In this document: positions 29,769 to 41,080 of the stretch, one piece after another
Position numbering within the stretch: the first letter of the stretch is position 1
How the letters are laid out: each line of letters opens with the position of its first letter
Assembly (NCBI GenBank): GCA_963754315.1
Contig: CAVWFS010000008.1
Location: 416,001-480,000, forward strand
Reading direction: 5' to 3'
Length of the DNA: 64,000 bases
Origin: an uncultured Candidatus Rokubacteria bacterium
GTDB taxonomy: Bacteria; Methylomirabilota; Methylomirabilia; Rokubacteriales; CSP1-6
The notes under the pieces: model-generated
Database searches by the model: none
What the model was told of the DNA's origin: nothing
The model's input: the letters and a program-made list of their open reading frames with translations, nothing else
Made by a program: the position numbers and the translations under genes

Positions 29769-31360
29769 TCGGTCAGCCCGACAGCCTCCAGGTAGCGGCG
29801 GTACGGCTCCAAGGTGTCGCCGTACTTCTGATGACCGGCGGTGTGCTGCGCGCAAGCCAGCAGCAGACGCTCACGGTCGCCGTGTGGGTTTCTCCGATAG
29901 TCGTCGAGCAGACAGAGGGCGATCTCCTGGTTGTGGGTATCGTTGCCGTGCTTCAGGGCGTCCAAGGCCAACGTGCTCACCAGTCGGTCACGGTCGTGGC
30001 CGCCGCCGAGATAGGCGCGCGTCCACGCCACGCTCTCGGCCGGCTTCATCGCCACCTGCGCCTCGTCGATCCGTCGGAGGATCTCGTCGGCCGCCATGGC
30101 CTCCGAACCCTGGGGCGGGCGCGTGTCGGCCTGACCGTTGCCAGGGGTCGCGCGCAGCCAGTGAGCAGCCTGGTTGATGAACGACCCGGCCACGTAGAGC
30201 AGCTTGAGGCGATGGGGATGCTCGAAGGTGGTCATGAACCACCGCAGGGTGTTGAGGTACTGGAAGCAGTGCTGGGGCATGGAGAAGTTGCGGCCGTCGG
30301 CGGTCTCGAGGATCAGATCCGCGCTGGCGATCTGCATGGTGTCGAGGATGTGCAAGGGGTCCTTGCCGGCCAGCAAGAGCGCCGTGATCGCATCGATATA
30401 GGCCGGCTCGGAAGCCTGGGTGAGCGCCTCGATGAGCTCCTTCGCCTCCTTGGCCGTGAGGGGCGCGCGGTTGGCGAGCAGGCGCTCCTCGCAGACGACC
30501 GACGGGCTCAGGTCGAGCGACGACTGGTTCCGGTGCTCGTCGTCGGCCAGGTGAATCCAGCTCACCTGGCAGGCCATCTCGTAGTTGGCGTGCCAGCGCG
30601 GGCCCACCGCCATATCGAGGACACCCGCGAAGATGACGTCGTGGGCGTTATCCCAGCCGATCGCATCGCCGATCTCGATGGTGGCGCGCGCGCGGTACGA
30701 CTTGTGGCCGGTCGTGTAGGAGCGGTTGTAGAGCATCCGGTCCTGCACGTCGATCAACCCGGCGAAGGCGAGCTGGGCGAAGAGCTCGCGTCGGCGCCCG
30801 CGCTCCTCGAAGAGGCCGAGGAACACGCGATAGGCTTCGATCACTTGGCCTTGCTGGACCAGGGTCAGCCAATGGTCGAGTCGATCCTCGAAGGGGCCGT
30901 CCAGGCGCTGCGGGGTCTGGTCCTGCCAGTGCGCGGTGGGCTTCGGGAAAGGCTGCGTCTTGCCGCCCCTCCACGTCCGGCGCCCGTAGTGACCGGGAGC
31001 ATTGCCGATGAGCTGGTTCCACGGATCGAGCGCGGTGGGAACGTACCAGATGGCCTGGGCCATGGGCAGGTATGCGAGCTCGGGGGCGACGAAGTCCGGC
31101 AGCCGGAGGCCGGCGCGCACGATCGACAGGCAGTGATCGTTGTTCACGAAGCGGAAGAAACCGCGGTCGATGCGCTGGTGATAGGGCACGTGCGTGTAGG
31201 GCGCGTGGATCCGCACGGTCTCCCGGGCGATCTCGGTCACCGGGCGTCCAGTCTTGACCAGGTCGTGGAAGGTCAGGGTCGCACCCACCTGATCCCGTGC
31301 CAGGCACCGCTCCTCGAGCTTCGCGTACAGGCTGGCTGTCCCGTTTCCCGCGTTCACCAT
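29765..31360 (-). CDS. Hypothetical protein of about 530 aa, His-motif rich and probably helical
   Basis: Long ORF with host-like codon usage and GGAGG RBS before ATG 31360; no family recognised. Confidence 0.8.
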   Translation of the reverse strand: MVNAGNGTASLYAKLEERCLARDQVGATLTFHDLVKTGRPVTEIARETVRIHAPYTHVPYHQRIDRGFFRFVNNDHCLSIVRAGLRLPDFVAPELAYLPMAQAIWYVPTALDPWNQLIGNAPGHYGRRTWRGGKTQPFPKPTAHWQDQTPQRLDGPFEDRLDHWLTLVQQGQVIEAYRVFLGLFEERGRRRELFAQLAFAGLIDVQDRMLYNRSYTTGHKSYRARATIEIGDAIGWDNAHDVIFAGVLDMAVGPRWHANYEMACQVSWIHLADDEHRNQSSLDLSPSVVCEERLLANRAPLTAKEAKELIEALTQASEPAYIDAITALLLAGKDPLHILDTMQIASADLILETADGRNFSMPQHCFQYLNTLRWFMTTFEHPHRLKLLYVAGSFINQAAHWLRATPGNGQADTRPPQGSEAMAADEILRRIDEAQVAMKPAESVAWTRAYLGGGHDRDRLVSTLALDALKHGNDTHNQEIALCLLDDYRRNPHGDRERLLLACAQHTAGHQKYGDTLEPYRRYLEAVGLTE

Positions 31361-31438
31361 GAAGACCTCCGTCGGTCTGCGTGAGGCAACCTTACCGCTG
31401 TCCGCCGTTCGGGTCCAGTCGTGTGGCGCTGCCCCCAC

Positions 31439-32221
31439 TCAGCCCGCCGGCTCCCCGGCGTTGACGGCCAGGACTTGCCCCGAGATGCTCCGAGCCATGT
31501 CGCTGCAAAAGAACACCGTGGCATCGACGATATCGTCCGCGGTGACCATGCGCTTGAGCGGCGAGCGCTCGATCATGGCCTTGCGCATCTCCTCGACCGA
31601 GATGCCTCGCACCCGGGCCTGGCCGGCGATGACCTGGTCGATGCGGTCTCCCTCGACGGCGCCGGGGGCCACACAGTTGACGCGGATCTTCTGGGGCGCC
31701 AGCTCGAGCGCCATGCCGTACGTCATGCCGACCTGACCGGCCTTGGCCGAGCAATACCCGATGCGGTAGGGCAGACCGCGGCGGCCGGCCCCGGAGGAGA
31801 TGTTCACGATGGCTCCCCCGCCGGCCTTGATCATCTCGGGGACGACGAAGCGGGTGCAGAGGTAGGAGCTGGTCAGGCACGAGTCGATCGTGTAGCGCCA
31901 GTCCTCCATGAGATAGTCCTGAACGGGTTTGGTGGGGCCGCCGTCGCCCGCGTTGTTCACCAGCGTGTCGATCTTGCCGTACGCGCGCAGGCCCTCGGCG
32001 ACCAGGCGCCTGACGTCGTCCTCCACCGCCGCGTCGCCCACGACCGCAACGGCCTGACCGCCGGCCTTTTGCACCTGGTTGGCGGTGTCTTTCACGAGAT
32101 CGGCCGAGCGTGCCGCGCACACGACCCGTGCTCCTTCCCGGGCGAAGCGCAGGCTCAAGGCGCGGCCAATTCCCTTGGAGGCGCCGGTGATGATGGCCAC
32201 CCTGCCGTCGAGCAAACCCAT
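31439..32221 (-). CDS. Short-chain dehydrogenase/reductase
   Basis: TGASKGIG, NNAG, YCSAK. Confidence 0.92.
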   Translation of the reverse strand: MGLLDGRVAIITGASKGIGRALSLRFAREGARVVCAARSADLVKDTANQVQKAGGQAVAVVGDAAVEDDVRRLVAEGLRAYGKIDTLVNNAGDGGPTKPVQDYLMEDWRYTIDSCLTSSYLCTRFVVPEMIKAGGGAIVNISSGAGRRGLPYRIGYCSAKAGQVGMTYGMALELAPQKIRVNCVAPGAVEGDRIDQVIAGQARVRGISVEEMRKAMIERSPLKRMVTADDIVDATVFFCSDMARSISGQVLAVNAGEPAG

Positions 32222-32238
32222 GGTCGTCTCCTCAATCC

Positions 32239-33378
32239 TCAGCGCCAGAGCTGAGCCGACGCCAGCCGCGCACCCTCGCTCATCGCCTGCAGCTTGGCCC
32301 AGGCGATCTCCGGCTCGACCTGGAGGTTAGACCGCGCGAAGGTGGCGAAGCCGCAGTCGGTGCCCGCGATCACACGCTCTCGCCCGACGACCTCGGCGTA
32401 GCGGACCAGACGCTGGGCCACCAGCTCCGGGTGCTCGATGAAGTTGGTGGTGGAGTCGAGCACACCAGGAATGATGATCTTGTCGTCCGGCAGCCGCGTC
32501 TCCCGGAACACGATCCACTCATGCTCGTGACGGGGGTTGGCCCCCTCGAAGGACAGCCCCTGCGGGCGCGCCTTGAGGGCCACGGCCAGCAGATCGCGGA
32601 GCGGAATGTCGCGGTGGTGGGGTCCTTCGTAGTTGCCCCAGCAAAGATGCACGCGCATGCGATCCGCCGGGATGTCGCGCAGGGCATGGTTGAGGGCCTC
32701 GACGTTGGCTTCCGCGATCTTGAGAAATTCGCCCGTACTCAGCTCCGGAAAGGCCAGGTGGCGCCCCATGGCCAGATCCGGACAGTCGACTTGGAGGATG
32801 AAGCCGGCCCGATGAATTGTGTCGTACTCCTCCTTCATGACCTCCACGAGCCGGGCCAGATACGCCTCCCGGGTCGGATAGTGCTCGTTCCGGAGGAAGT
32901 GGGCGATGACCCCCGGGGAGGCCGCCGTCATGAAGGCCTCCGTCGCCGGTCGGGCGGCCAAAGCCGCGCGCAAGTTCGCGATGTCCTGCTCCACCGCCCC
33001 GGGATTCTTCCAGGCGATGGGGCCATTGCATGAGGGCCGCGCGATCGCCGACCGCCGCTCGGCGCGGGCGGCGGCCTCGGGAAAGTCGGCCCAGTCTGCC
33101 CGCATGGGCACCGCGCTTTGTCCGCCGAACCCGGTGAGGCGGTGTCTGACGTACGTGGAGTAGCCGACCTTGCCTTGCTCGCCGTCGTTGACGATGTCGA
33201 TGCCGGCGTCGACCTGCGTGCGCACGACATCGGCGACGGCCCGACGCACCCGGCTCTCCATGGCGGCCGGGTCGTGCATGCTCCCTGCGTCCAGGGTCTC
33301 CAGCAGAGCCGTAAGGTCCGATGGGCGCGGGAGACTCCCGGTGTGCGTGGTGAGGATGCGGTCCGTGCTGCGCTTCAT
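32239..33378 (-). CDS. Core (C-terminal-only) cobalamin-independent methionine synthase family protein, epoxyalkane:CoM-transferase-like
   Basis: TTHTGSLPRP, DGEQGK, HLCWGNYEGPH, NPRHEHEW, GTDCGF. Confidence 0.88.
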   Translation of the reverse strand: MKRSTDRILTTHTGSLPRPSDLTALLETLDAGSMHDPAAMESRVRRAVADVVRTQVDAGIDIVNDGEQGKVGYSTYVRHRLTGFGGQSAVPMRADWADFPEAAARAERRSAIARPSCNGPIAWKNPGAVEQDIANLRAALAARPATEAFMTAASPGVIAHFLRNEHYPTREAYLARLVEVMKEEYDTIHRAGFILQVDCPDLAMGRHLAFPELSTGEFLKIAEANVEALNHALRDIPADRMRVHLCWGNYEGPHHRDIPLRDLLAVALKARPQGLSFEGANPRHEHEWIVFRETRLPDDKIIIPGVLDSTTNFIEHPELVAQRLVRYAEVVGRERVIAGTDCGFATFARSNLQVEPEIAWAKLQAMSEGARLASAQLWR

Positions 33379-33542
33379 GACTCGGCCCTCCGAGCTTATT
33401 GCGGCGTGCCGAAGCAGGGTAGCACAGGAGAGGGACTGGAATTCGCCCCGCCGGTCTGCCATCCTGGGCGCGTCTGGCTCCGGTGGAGATCGCCCCGATC
33501 GCAACCTAGTGGCCGGCCAAAGTCGACGAGGAGACGATCGCG

Positions 33543-35206
33543 ATGAAGATCAAGGCGGCGAACGGTGTGGCGCGAATCCTCAAGTCCGAGGGAATTCCCT
33601 GGGTGAGCTGTTATCCCACCAATCATGTGAACAACGCCCTCGGTGAGGAAGGCGTCCCGATCCTGATGATGGGCGAGGAGCGCTTCGCGGTGGCGGTCGC
33701 CGACGGGTTCTCTCGAGTGACCTGCGGCAAACAGATCGGCGTGTGCACGGTCATGGCCAATCTGAACGCGGCCGGCATCCAGATGGCCTATGGCGCCATC
33801 GCCCAGGCCTGGGAGGATTCGTCCCCGCTCCTGGTCATCGCGGAGGGCGTGGGCCAGGGGGCCAGCCGGCACACGCACTACGACATGGCGGAAGCGTTCA
33901 AGTCGGTCACCAAGTGGGTCGGCAAAGTGGACCGCGCTGACCTCGTGCCCGACTACGTTCGCCGGGCGTTCACGCATCTCCGCTCGGGACGGCCTGGGCC
34001 CGTCTTGCTCGTTATCCCGCGCGATCTCGGTGAGTACGACGAGGGCGAACACCCGTACGCGCAGGTCAAGGGCTGGAGGTCGGGCCCTGACCCTGACGAT
34101 GTCAAAGCGGCCGTCAAGGCCCTGTTGGCCGCCAAGGATCCGCTCCTGTACGTGGGCGAGGGGGTCCTCTACGCGGACGCCACCAATGAGCTGCGGCAAT
34201 TCGCCGAGGCCGCTCAGGTGCCGGTGCTGACCACCTTGAAGGCGAAGGGAGCCTTCCCGGAGAACCACCCGCTGTCGGTCGGAGTACGAGGCTCGCTGGC
34301 CGAGCACTTTCTCGGCAAGGCCGACCTCTTGTTCTCGGTCGGATCGAGCCTCTTTCCCAACCGCTTCAGCCACGCTATTCCCGACGCCGACCGCAAGACC
34401 ATCATCCAATGCACGATCGACACCCTGGACATCAACCGGAGCTACCACACGCAGCACGCGGTCATCGGCGATGCCAAGCTGAGCCTGCAGGCTCTGGTCA
34501 ATGAGCTGTCGGCACGGGGGGGCGCAAGAAGCCCGAGCTCCTCGAGGAGATCCGCGCGGGCAAACAGGCCTTCCTGGCGAAGTTCCGGCCGTGGCTGGAA
34601 TCAGCTGAGACCCCCATCAACCCGTATCGGGTGATCGGCGATCTCATGAAGGTGCTCGATCCCAAGGCGTCGTTCGTGACGGCCGATTCCGGGAATACCC
34701 GGGACCAGACCAGCACGGTCTATGAGACGCAGATCCCGCGCGGCTTTCTTGGCTGGGGTAACGTATCGACCTTGGGCTTCAGCCTGGCGGGCGCCGTTGC
34801 CGCCAAGCTCGCCTATCCAGACCGGCAGTGCGTGCACGTCACCGGCGACGCTGGCGTGTGCTACATGATGGGCAACTTCGAGGCCGTCGCGCGCTACAAG
34901 ATCGGCATCACGACCATCCACATCAACAACGGCGGCTACTCGGGATACGGCCCCGGTTTCTGGGGAGCCGGCCATGATCCGTATACGTGGCAAGTGTCGG
35001 ATCATACCCGCGCCTGCATGTCCTCGATGGCGAAGGCAGTCGGTTTCCACGGCGAGGATGTCACGGCGCCGGCGGAGATCATCCCCGCTCTCAAGCGCGC
35101 GCTCGACGAGAACGCCAAGGGTCGGCCGGCCTTCCTGGAATTCATCTGCTCGCACCATCCGGTCCACGGAGGCTGGGTCAGGCCAGGAACTGGATCAGGC
35201 CATTGA
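33543..35206 (+). CDS. Thiamine-diphosphate-dependent enzyme (acetolactate-synthase-like fold), frameshifted near 34520
   Basis: EERFAVAVADG, GRPGPV, KGAFPENHPL; continues after a G-run in another frame to GDAG…NNGG. Confidence 0.88.
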
Positions 35207-35246
35207 ATGACGCAGTGAAGATTGGCGCGACACACGGAGAGAAGAC

Positions 35247-36452
35247 ATGAGCAGAGCGCTCAACGGGATTCGGGTGGTGGATCTCACGCAGTTCGAGGCG
35301 GGAACCTCGTGCACGCAGATGCTGGCCTGGCTGGGTGCCGAGGTGATCAAAGTGGAAGAGCCGCGCAAGGGTGACCCGGGCCGCTATGGCCGGCCTGAGA
35401 AAGCAGGCGTGGACTCGAGCTACTTTCTCACGCTCAACGCCAACAAGAAGAGTGTCACGCTCAACCTCAAGCACCCGCAGGGCAAGGCCATGTTCCTGGA
35501 CATGGTCAAGCAAGCGGACGTGGTGGCCGAAAACCAAGCGCCGGGCGCCATGGACAAGATGGGACTCGGCTACGAGGCACTGAGCGCGCTCAATCCGCGC
35601 TTGATCTATCTTTCCGTCAAGGGCTTCGGCACCTACGGACCGTACAGCCAGTACAAGAGCTTCGATATGATCGCCCAGGCCACCGGAGGGGCGATGTCAC
35701 TGACGGGCTTCCCAGGCTCGCCGCCCCTCAAACCGGGCCCGACCATCGGCGACTCGGGAACCGGGATGCACGCCGCCTTCGGCGTGATGGCGGCGCTCTG
35801 GCAGCGCCAGGCCTCGGGCGTGGGGCAGCACGTCGAGGTCGCCATGCAGGACGCGGTGGTGAACCTGTGCCGGATCGCCATGCGTCTGGCCTACGCCGGC
35901 GGTTCGTTCGAGCCCCGGCGCGGCAACGAGATTGCCAACACCTCCCCCTCTGGCATCTATCGCTGCAAGCCGGGTGGCCCAGACGACTACGCCTACATCT
36001 ACCCACAGCCGGTCCGCACGCACATGTGGGACGCGCTGCTCAAGACGATTGGCCGGTCCGATCTCATCGGGCATCCCGAATGGTCCGACCCCAAGTGGCG
36101 CGCAGCCCACAAGGACGAGGTCAATGCGCTGGTCGAAGGGTGGACGATGACCCGCACCAAGCACGAGGTGATGGCCGTGCTCGGCGAGGCAGGCGTGCCG
36201 ACGGGCGCGTGCCTGACCCCGACCGAGATCCTCGCCGATCCGCATTTGAAGGCACGCGAGATGGTGGTGACCATCCAGCATCCGGGGTGGGGCGAGTTCA
36301 CCATGCCGGGCAATCCCGTGCAGCTCTCGAAGTCACGCACGGAGGTGAAGCCGGCGCCTCTGCTCGGTCAGCACAACGCCGAGATCTACAAGGAGTGGCT
36401 CTCGCTCGGTGCCGAGGACCTGGCCCGACTCAAGGCCGACGGGGTGATCTGA
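35247..36452 (+). CDS. CoA-transferase family III, formyl-CoA-transferase-like
   Basis: [44 protein letters not shown]. Confidence 0.9.
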   Translation: MSRALNGIRVVDLTQFEAGTSCTQMLAWLGAEVIKVEEPRKGDPGRYGRPEKAGVDSSYFLTLNANKKSVTLNLKHPQGKAMFLDMVKQADVVAENQAPGAMDKMGLGYEALSALNPRLIYLSVKGFGTYGPYSQYKSFDMIAQATGGAMSLTGFPGSPPLKPGPTIGDSGTGMHAAFGVMAALWQRQASGVGQHVEVAMQDAVVNLCRIAMRLAYAGGSFEPRRGNEIANTSPSGIYRCKPGGPDDYAYIYPQPVRTHMWDALLKTIGRSDLIGHPEWSDPKWRAAHKDEVNALVEGWTMTRTKHEVMAVLGEAGVPTGACLTPTEILADPHLKAREMVVTIQHPGWGEFTMPGNPVQLSKSRTEVKPAPLLGQHNAEIYKEWLSLGAEDLARLKADGVI

Positions 36453-36456
36453 AGCC

Positions 36457-37830
36457 TCAGCGACGGCGGTATTCGGACGCGCTGGCCAGCGGGTCGTAGG
36501 CCGCGTTCTCGAAGCCTTGATACTTGAGGACGGTCACCATCCCGGCGGCCAGGTGATAGAGCACGTGGCAGTGCAGCAGCCAGTAGCCGGGGTACCCGGC
36601 GTCGAACTGGACCTTCACGGTCTGGCGCGGCATGACGAGGACCGTGTCGCGCTTGGCGCCCGGCAGGCGTCGGCCGTCGATCTCGGTTACCTGAAAGACG
36701 TGGCCGTGCAGGTGCATGGGATGCGTCATGCCCGTACGGTTCACGAAGGCGATCTCGACCCGCTCGCCCTTCTTGACCTCGAGCGGAGTGATACCGGGCC
36801 ACGTCTGATCGTTGAGCATCCAGACGTACCCGACCATCTTCCCGTCGAGCGTGACCTGGAGCTTTCTGTCCACGGGACGAACGGGGAGGGATTGCACGGC
36901 CCGCAACCGTGACTCCTGGGCATTGGTGAGGGCGCCGGCGAGAGCCTTCGCCGTTGGCGCGATCTTGGGGATCGAGGCCTGCGGGGTGGCCAGGATCACC
37001 CCAGCCTGCAGGTCGCTGCCCTCGCCCTGGGCGATGATCGGGTACGCGCCCTGGCCAGCTGGAATCGTGACTCTGAGATCCAGACGCTGCGCGATGCCCA
37101 GCTCGAAAGTCGTCCCCGCCAGCGGGACGATGTTCTCTCCGTCTACGGCCACCGCTTCCGCGGGTAGTGCCCCCGTCCTGATGAAGAAGTTGGTCGCGCT
37201 GCTTCCCGCGATGATCCTGAGTCGAACGCGCTCGCCTGGGCGTACTCGCACCACCTCAGGGTCGGCGAGGGTGCGGCGGTTGGCGAGGAGCGCGTCATAC
37301 TTGACGTCGTTGAGGTCTGGCGCGAGGTGGCGGTCATGCCCGCCATGACGACGAGTCTTGGCGGGAGCCATGGCCTGCCATGTCGCCCGTCTTGGCCTTC
37401 AGCTCGCCGAGGATCTCGAGGGGATCACGGGTCGTGAAATCGTTTAGGATCACCACCACCTCGTACTCCTCGGGAGCGGCCTGAGGGTCGCGAAGGATGA
37501 GCGGGGCTGTCAGGAGCTGCTGCTCCTGCAGGCCAAAGTGGGAATGCATCCAGAACGTTCCCGCCTGGACGATCGGGAAGTCGTAGAGCCGCCGCTCGCC
37601 GGGCTTGATGGGCGGCTGGGTCACATAGGGCACGCCATCCTGGCCGTTGGGCAGAATGAGGCCATGCCAGTGAATCGTGGTGGGCTCGCGCGTTTCGTTC
37701 TCCAGCGCCACCTGGAACCGCCCGCCCTTGACGCCGATGAATCCCTGCTCGCCGTTGTCCTGCAGGATGCTGTAGGCGAACCCGCGCTTACCCTGGACTT
37801 CGAGCTGGCCCGCGACCACGCGCAGGCGAG
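36457..37830 (-). pseudogene. Multicopper oxidase, frameshifted near 37340-37370 and apparently lacking its signal peptide
   Basis: TTIHWHG, WMHSH, HPMHLHGH and HCHVLYH copper motifs split over two frames; no recognisable start or export signal upstream. Confidence 0.8.
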
Positions 37831-38015
37831 TGAATCCCGACGGGCACCGGCTCCGCCGTGGATTGAGCCCACGCGAGGGGAGGAGCGATCCTGGTTGCCA
37901 TCAAGGCCAGCGTGGCTGAGGATCCGCCCACGAACGTCCGTCGATCGAGTATCGTTAGCCTCCCCAGAACCGCGTCCGCGTCGAGCCTAGCACGGCTGCG
38001 CGTCCTCCAGGCTCG

Positions 38016-38044
38016 TTGACATACCGAGATGGGATCGATAGCAT
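38016..38044 (+). promoter_or_regulatory. sigma70-type promoter of a decayed TA locus
   Basis: TTGACA (38016-38021), 17 nt spacer, TAGCAT (38039-38044). Confidence 0.65.
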
Positions 38045-38081
38045 TCTTGGCATACGATTACGATATCGATGGAGCCGGGCC

Positions 38082-38549
38082 ATGGAAACCATCTCACCAT
38101 CTCGTCCCTAAGTTTCAGAATCGTCATCCCGTAAGGCGCATCTCTACGGGACGGATCGAGCATTCGCTGGGCCTGACAGTGCGCGGACCTGAAGGGTCGC
38201 AGACGATCCGTCTACGGATGACTCGGACTCGAGCGCTCGGATTCCGCTCCGAGCGCGGCGCTCGGACCAGATGCGCTGCGATCCTCCTGGATCTAGAGGT
38301 GTTCAAGCGAGTACTGCAGCAACGGGACGAGGGAGCGCCCTGCGCGCTGTTGCCGTCATGCAGCAGGGCACGGTGATCGACCTCGACCTGCGTGTCGCCT
38401 TGAGTGCGGCGCGGTCAGCATTGACACCAGCTTCCCTGGCCGACAGCGTGGTGCTTGCCACGGCGCGCCTGCATGACGCCACCCTGTGGACACAGGATTC
38501 TGATTTCGAGAGCCTGCCTGGCGTGCGCTACCGCCCGCGGAGATCCTGA
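38082..38549 (+). pseudogene. Decayed AbrB/MazE-type antitoxin plus PIN toxin
   Basis: GGAG-ATG MET..; PKFQ and IVIP fragments in different frames; toxin C-terminus SLADSVVLATARLHDATLWTQDSDF. Confidence 0.65.
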
Positions 38550-38607
38550 CGCGTCGCGGCTGGCTCAGTCCCCGGACACCGGTGACGACCAGGGAAGGGA
38601 GATAGCG

Positions 38608-39700
38608 ATGACGACGCCCCCGTTTCGCGCCGATCACGTGGGCAGTCTCTTGCGACCGGCCGAGTTGCAGGCGGCGCGGGCCAAGGCCAAAGCCGGCGCC
38701 ATCTCTCTCGCCGAGCTTCAGGAGGTCGAGGATCGCTGCATCCGAGCCGCCGTGAGCCAAGCAAGAGTCGGTCGGCCTGGCAGTCGTGACCGACGGCGAG
38801 TATCGACGCGACTTCTGGCACCTCGACTTTCTCCGTCAATTCGAGGGGGTGAGCCTCACACCGGCGGTCGGCATGACGTTCCAAGCCGACGACGTGCCGC
38901 CCATGGCGGCGGTCACGGGGAGGGTCCGCTGTGCTGCCCCGATCATGGTTGATCACTTTGCCTTCCTCAAGTCGGCCGCCCGCGGCACGCCCAAGCTCAC
39001 CATCCCATCGCCGGCCATGCTGCATATGCGCGGTGGACGCAACGCGATCGCGCGCGGCACGTATCCAGATCTGACAGAGTTTTGGGCCGACGCAATCGCG
39101 GCGTACCGTCAGGCCATCGAGCACATCGGCGCCGCCGGCTGCGCGTATCTTCAGCTCGACGACGTAAGCTTCTCGTACCTGTGCGATCCCAAGGTGCGCG
39201 AGAACTTTCGCGCCAATGGCGACGATCCCGCCGCCTTGCCGCGTGTCTATGCCGACGCGATCAGGGGCGCGCTCGGGGCCCGCCCAGCGGGAATGACCGT
39301 CACCATGCACACCTGTCGCGGGAACTTCCGGAGCACCTGGTTCGCGGCGGGCGGCTACCAGGACGAGGTGCTGGAGGCAATGTTCTCGACACCAGTGGAC
39401 GGCTTTTTCTTGGAGTACGATACCGAGCGCGCCGGCGGTTTCGCACCCCTCCGCCTGCTCCCCGCCGGCAAGAAGGTGGTTCTGGGTCTGGTCACCACCA
39501 AGTCGGGGACGCTGGAGAGCAAGGAGGCGCTCGCGCGTCGAATCGACGAGGCCGCCCGGTACGTCCCCCTCGAGAACCTGTGCCTGTCACCGCAGTGCGG
39601 CTTCGCCAGCACCCACCACGGCAATGCCCTCACCGAGGACGAGCAATGGCGCAAGCTCGCCCGCGTGGTGGAGGTCGCCCGAGAGGTGTGGGGCGCGTAA
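38608..39700 (+). CDS. Core MetE-like protein (YxjG/MesD-like), frameshifted near 38760
   Basis: PPFRADHVGSLLRP, TDGEYRR..WHLDF, HTCRGN, EYDTERAGGF, LSPQCGFAS. Confidence 0.88.
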
Positions 39701-39733
39701 GGTCACGAAACGACAGAGGTCAGGAGAAAGACC

Positions 39734-40153
39734 ATGCCGAAGATCAAGCACATCGCCCTGTCGACCCAGGATGTGGAGGGAACGGCCCGCTTCTACATCG
39801 AAGTGTTTGGCCTCAAGCGAATGGGCGAGATCGATGATCCCGGGACCCGCGGCTGCTTTCTCAGCGACGGCGACATCAATCTGGCCATTCTCAACTTCAA
39901 GAACGACGTGGCGGCCGGCGCCGAGCGCGGCAAGGATTACAGCGGCATCCACCACATCGGCTTCCAGGTCGAGAGCCTGGAGGAGATTGCCGAGAAGCTG
40001 AAAGCGGCGGGGTCGCCGCGGCGTGACGATGTCAACCAGGCCCTCGGGGTGGGCCAGGGACGACAGGAACACGGTAACGTCGAGGTGAAGTACGGCGGCC
40101 CCGACGGGGTCATGCTGGACGTCTCGGAGACCGGCTGGATCGGGGTTTCGTAG
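39734..40153 (+). CDS. VOC family protein
   Basis: KIKHIAL, LSDGDINLAIL, GIHHIGFQV, PDGVMLDVS. Confidence 0.88.
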   Translation: MPKIKHIALSTQDVEGTARFYIEVFGLKRMGEIDDPGTRGCFLSDGDINLAILNFKNDVAAGAERGKDYSGIHHIGFQVESLEEIAEKLKAAGSPRRDDVNQALGVGQGRQEHGNVEVKYGGPDGVMLDVSETGWIGVS

Positions 40154-40155
40154 AA

Positions 40156-40257
40156 TTGGGGGGCCTCGAAGGGCCCCCAAGCCCCCCGCGCTCGGGACGC
40201 CCCGGGGACCCGTGGCGCCCCTCGGGAACACGCATGCGGCGGGCCTCGAAAAGGGCC
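40156..40257. repeat. REP-like palindromic element between convergent genes
   Basis: TTGGGGGGCCTCGAAGGGCCCCCAAGCCCCCC hairpin; related GGGCCTCGAAAAGGGCC at 40241-40257. Confidence 0.55.
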
Positions 40258-40274
40258 GGATCCCTCGTGCTCGG

Positions 40275-41068
40275 CTATTTGGGTTTCTCGGCGCGGACGT
40301 GCAGGAACAGGGCGGCATGATCACGCCAGCCGCGCTGGCTGGGATGAGCGGCGCAGTATTCTTCCGAGGGTCTCGGCTCCGCGATCTGCTTGAGCACGAA
40401 GCCAGCGGCGAGGACGGTATTGAGGTACTCGGAGAGGGTACGATCGAAGCGCGGCGTGGCGAACTCGGGCGCCTCCGGTGGCGCATCCGTGAAGCGCCAT
40501 CGCTCGACCCAGCCGGCATCATTGAAATAGTCGCCGACCACCCACTGGATTTTTCGTCCCTCCGCATCGCGGAGCCACCGTGAGCCTTTGGTGATGAAAC
40601 AGGGGTGGGTGATGCTGAAGGCCAGCCGGCCGCCCGGGCGCAGGACGCGGAAGCTCTCCGTCATGGCCCGGTCGAAGTGGGGCCCGTCCATCATGGCCAT
40701 GAAAGACACCACCGCATCGAAGCTGGCGTCCGCCAGCTGGGCGAGGTCGGCGTACGAGGTGCGCAGGTACCGGATGCCGAGCGGCTCCCGGCGCTCCTCC
40801 TCCCGGGCTAGGGCAATCATGCGCTCGGAGAGATCGACACCCGTCATGCGGGCACCGCGCCGCGCCAGGATCCGCGTGTTGTATCCCTCGCCACAGCCGG
40901 CGTCGAGAACGTCCTGGCCGTGGAGGTCGCCGATGAAGGCGAGGAAGGCGGGATTGTTCAAGAACTCCCGGGCGAGGTCGCGGCCCTGGCGAACCTCGGC
41001 GGCCCACGCCACGGCATTGTCTCCCAGTAGCGCGCCGTCTCCTCTTCGGAGAGCCAGTCCTCGCGCAC
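40275..41068 (-). CDS. Class I SAM-dependent methyltransferase (frameshift near 41022)
   Basis: VLDAGCGEG, GVDLSERM, RVLRPGG, SITHPCF; probable N-terminus MREDWLSEEETARYW in another frame. Confidence 0.88.
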
Positions 41069-41080
41069 GAGCGCCCGCGT

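Noticed and set aside
26428..33378. Secondary-metabolite cluster around the AMP-binding enzyme
   Set aside because: No carrier protein, condensation or ketosynthase domain, or precursor peptide seen; the content looks catabolic
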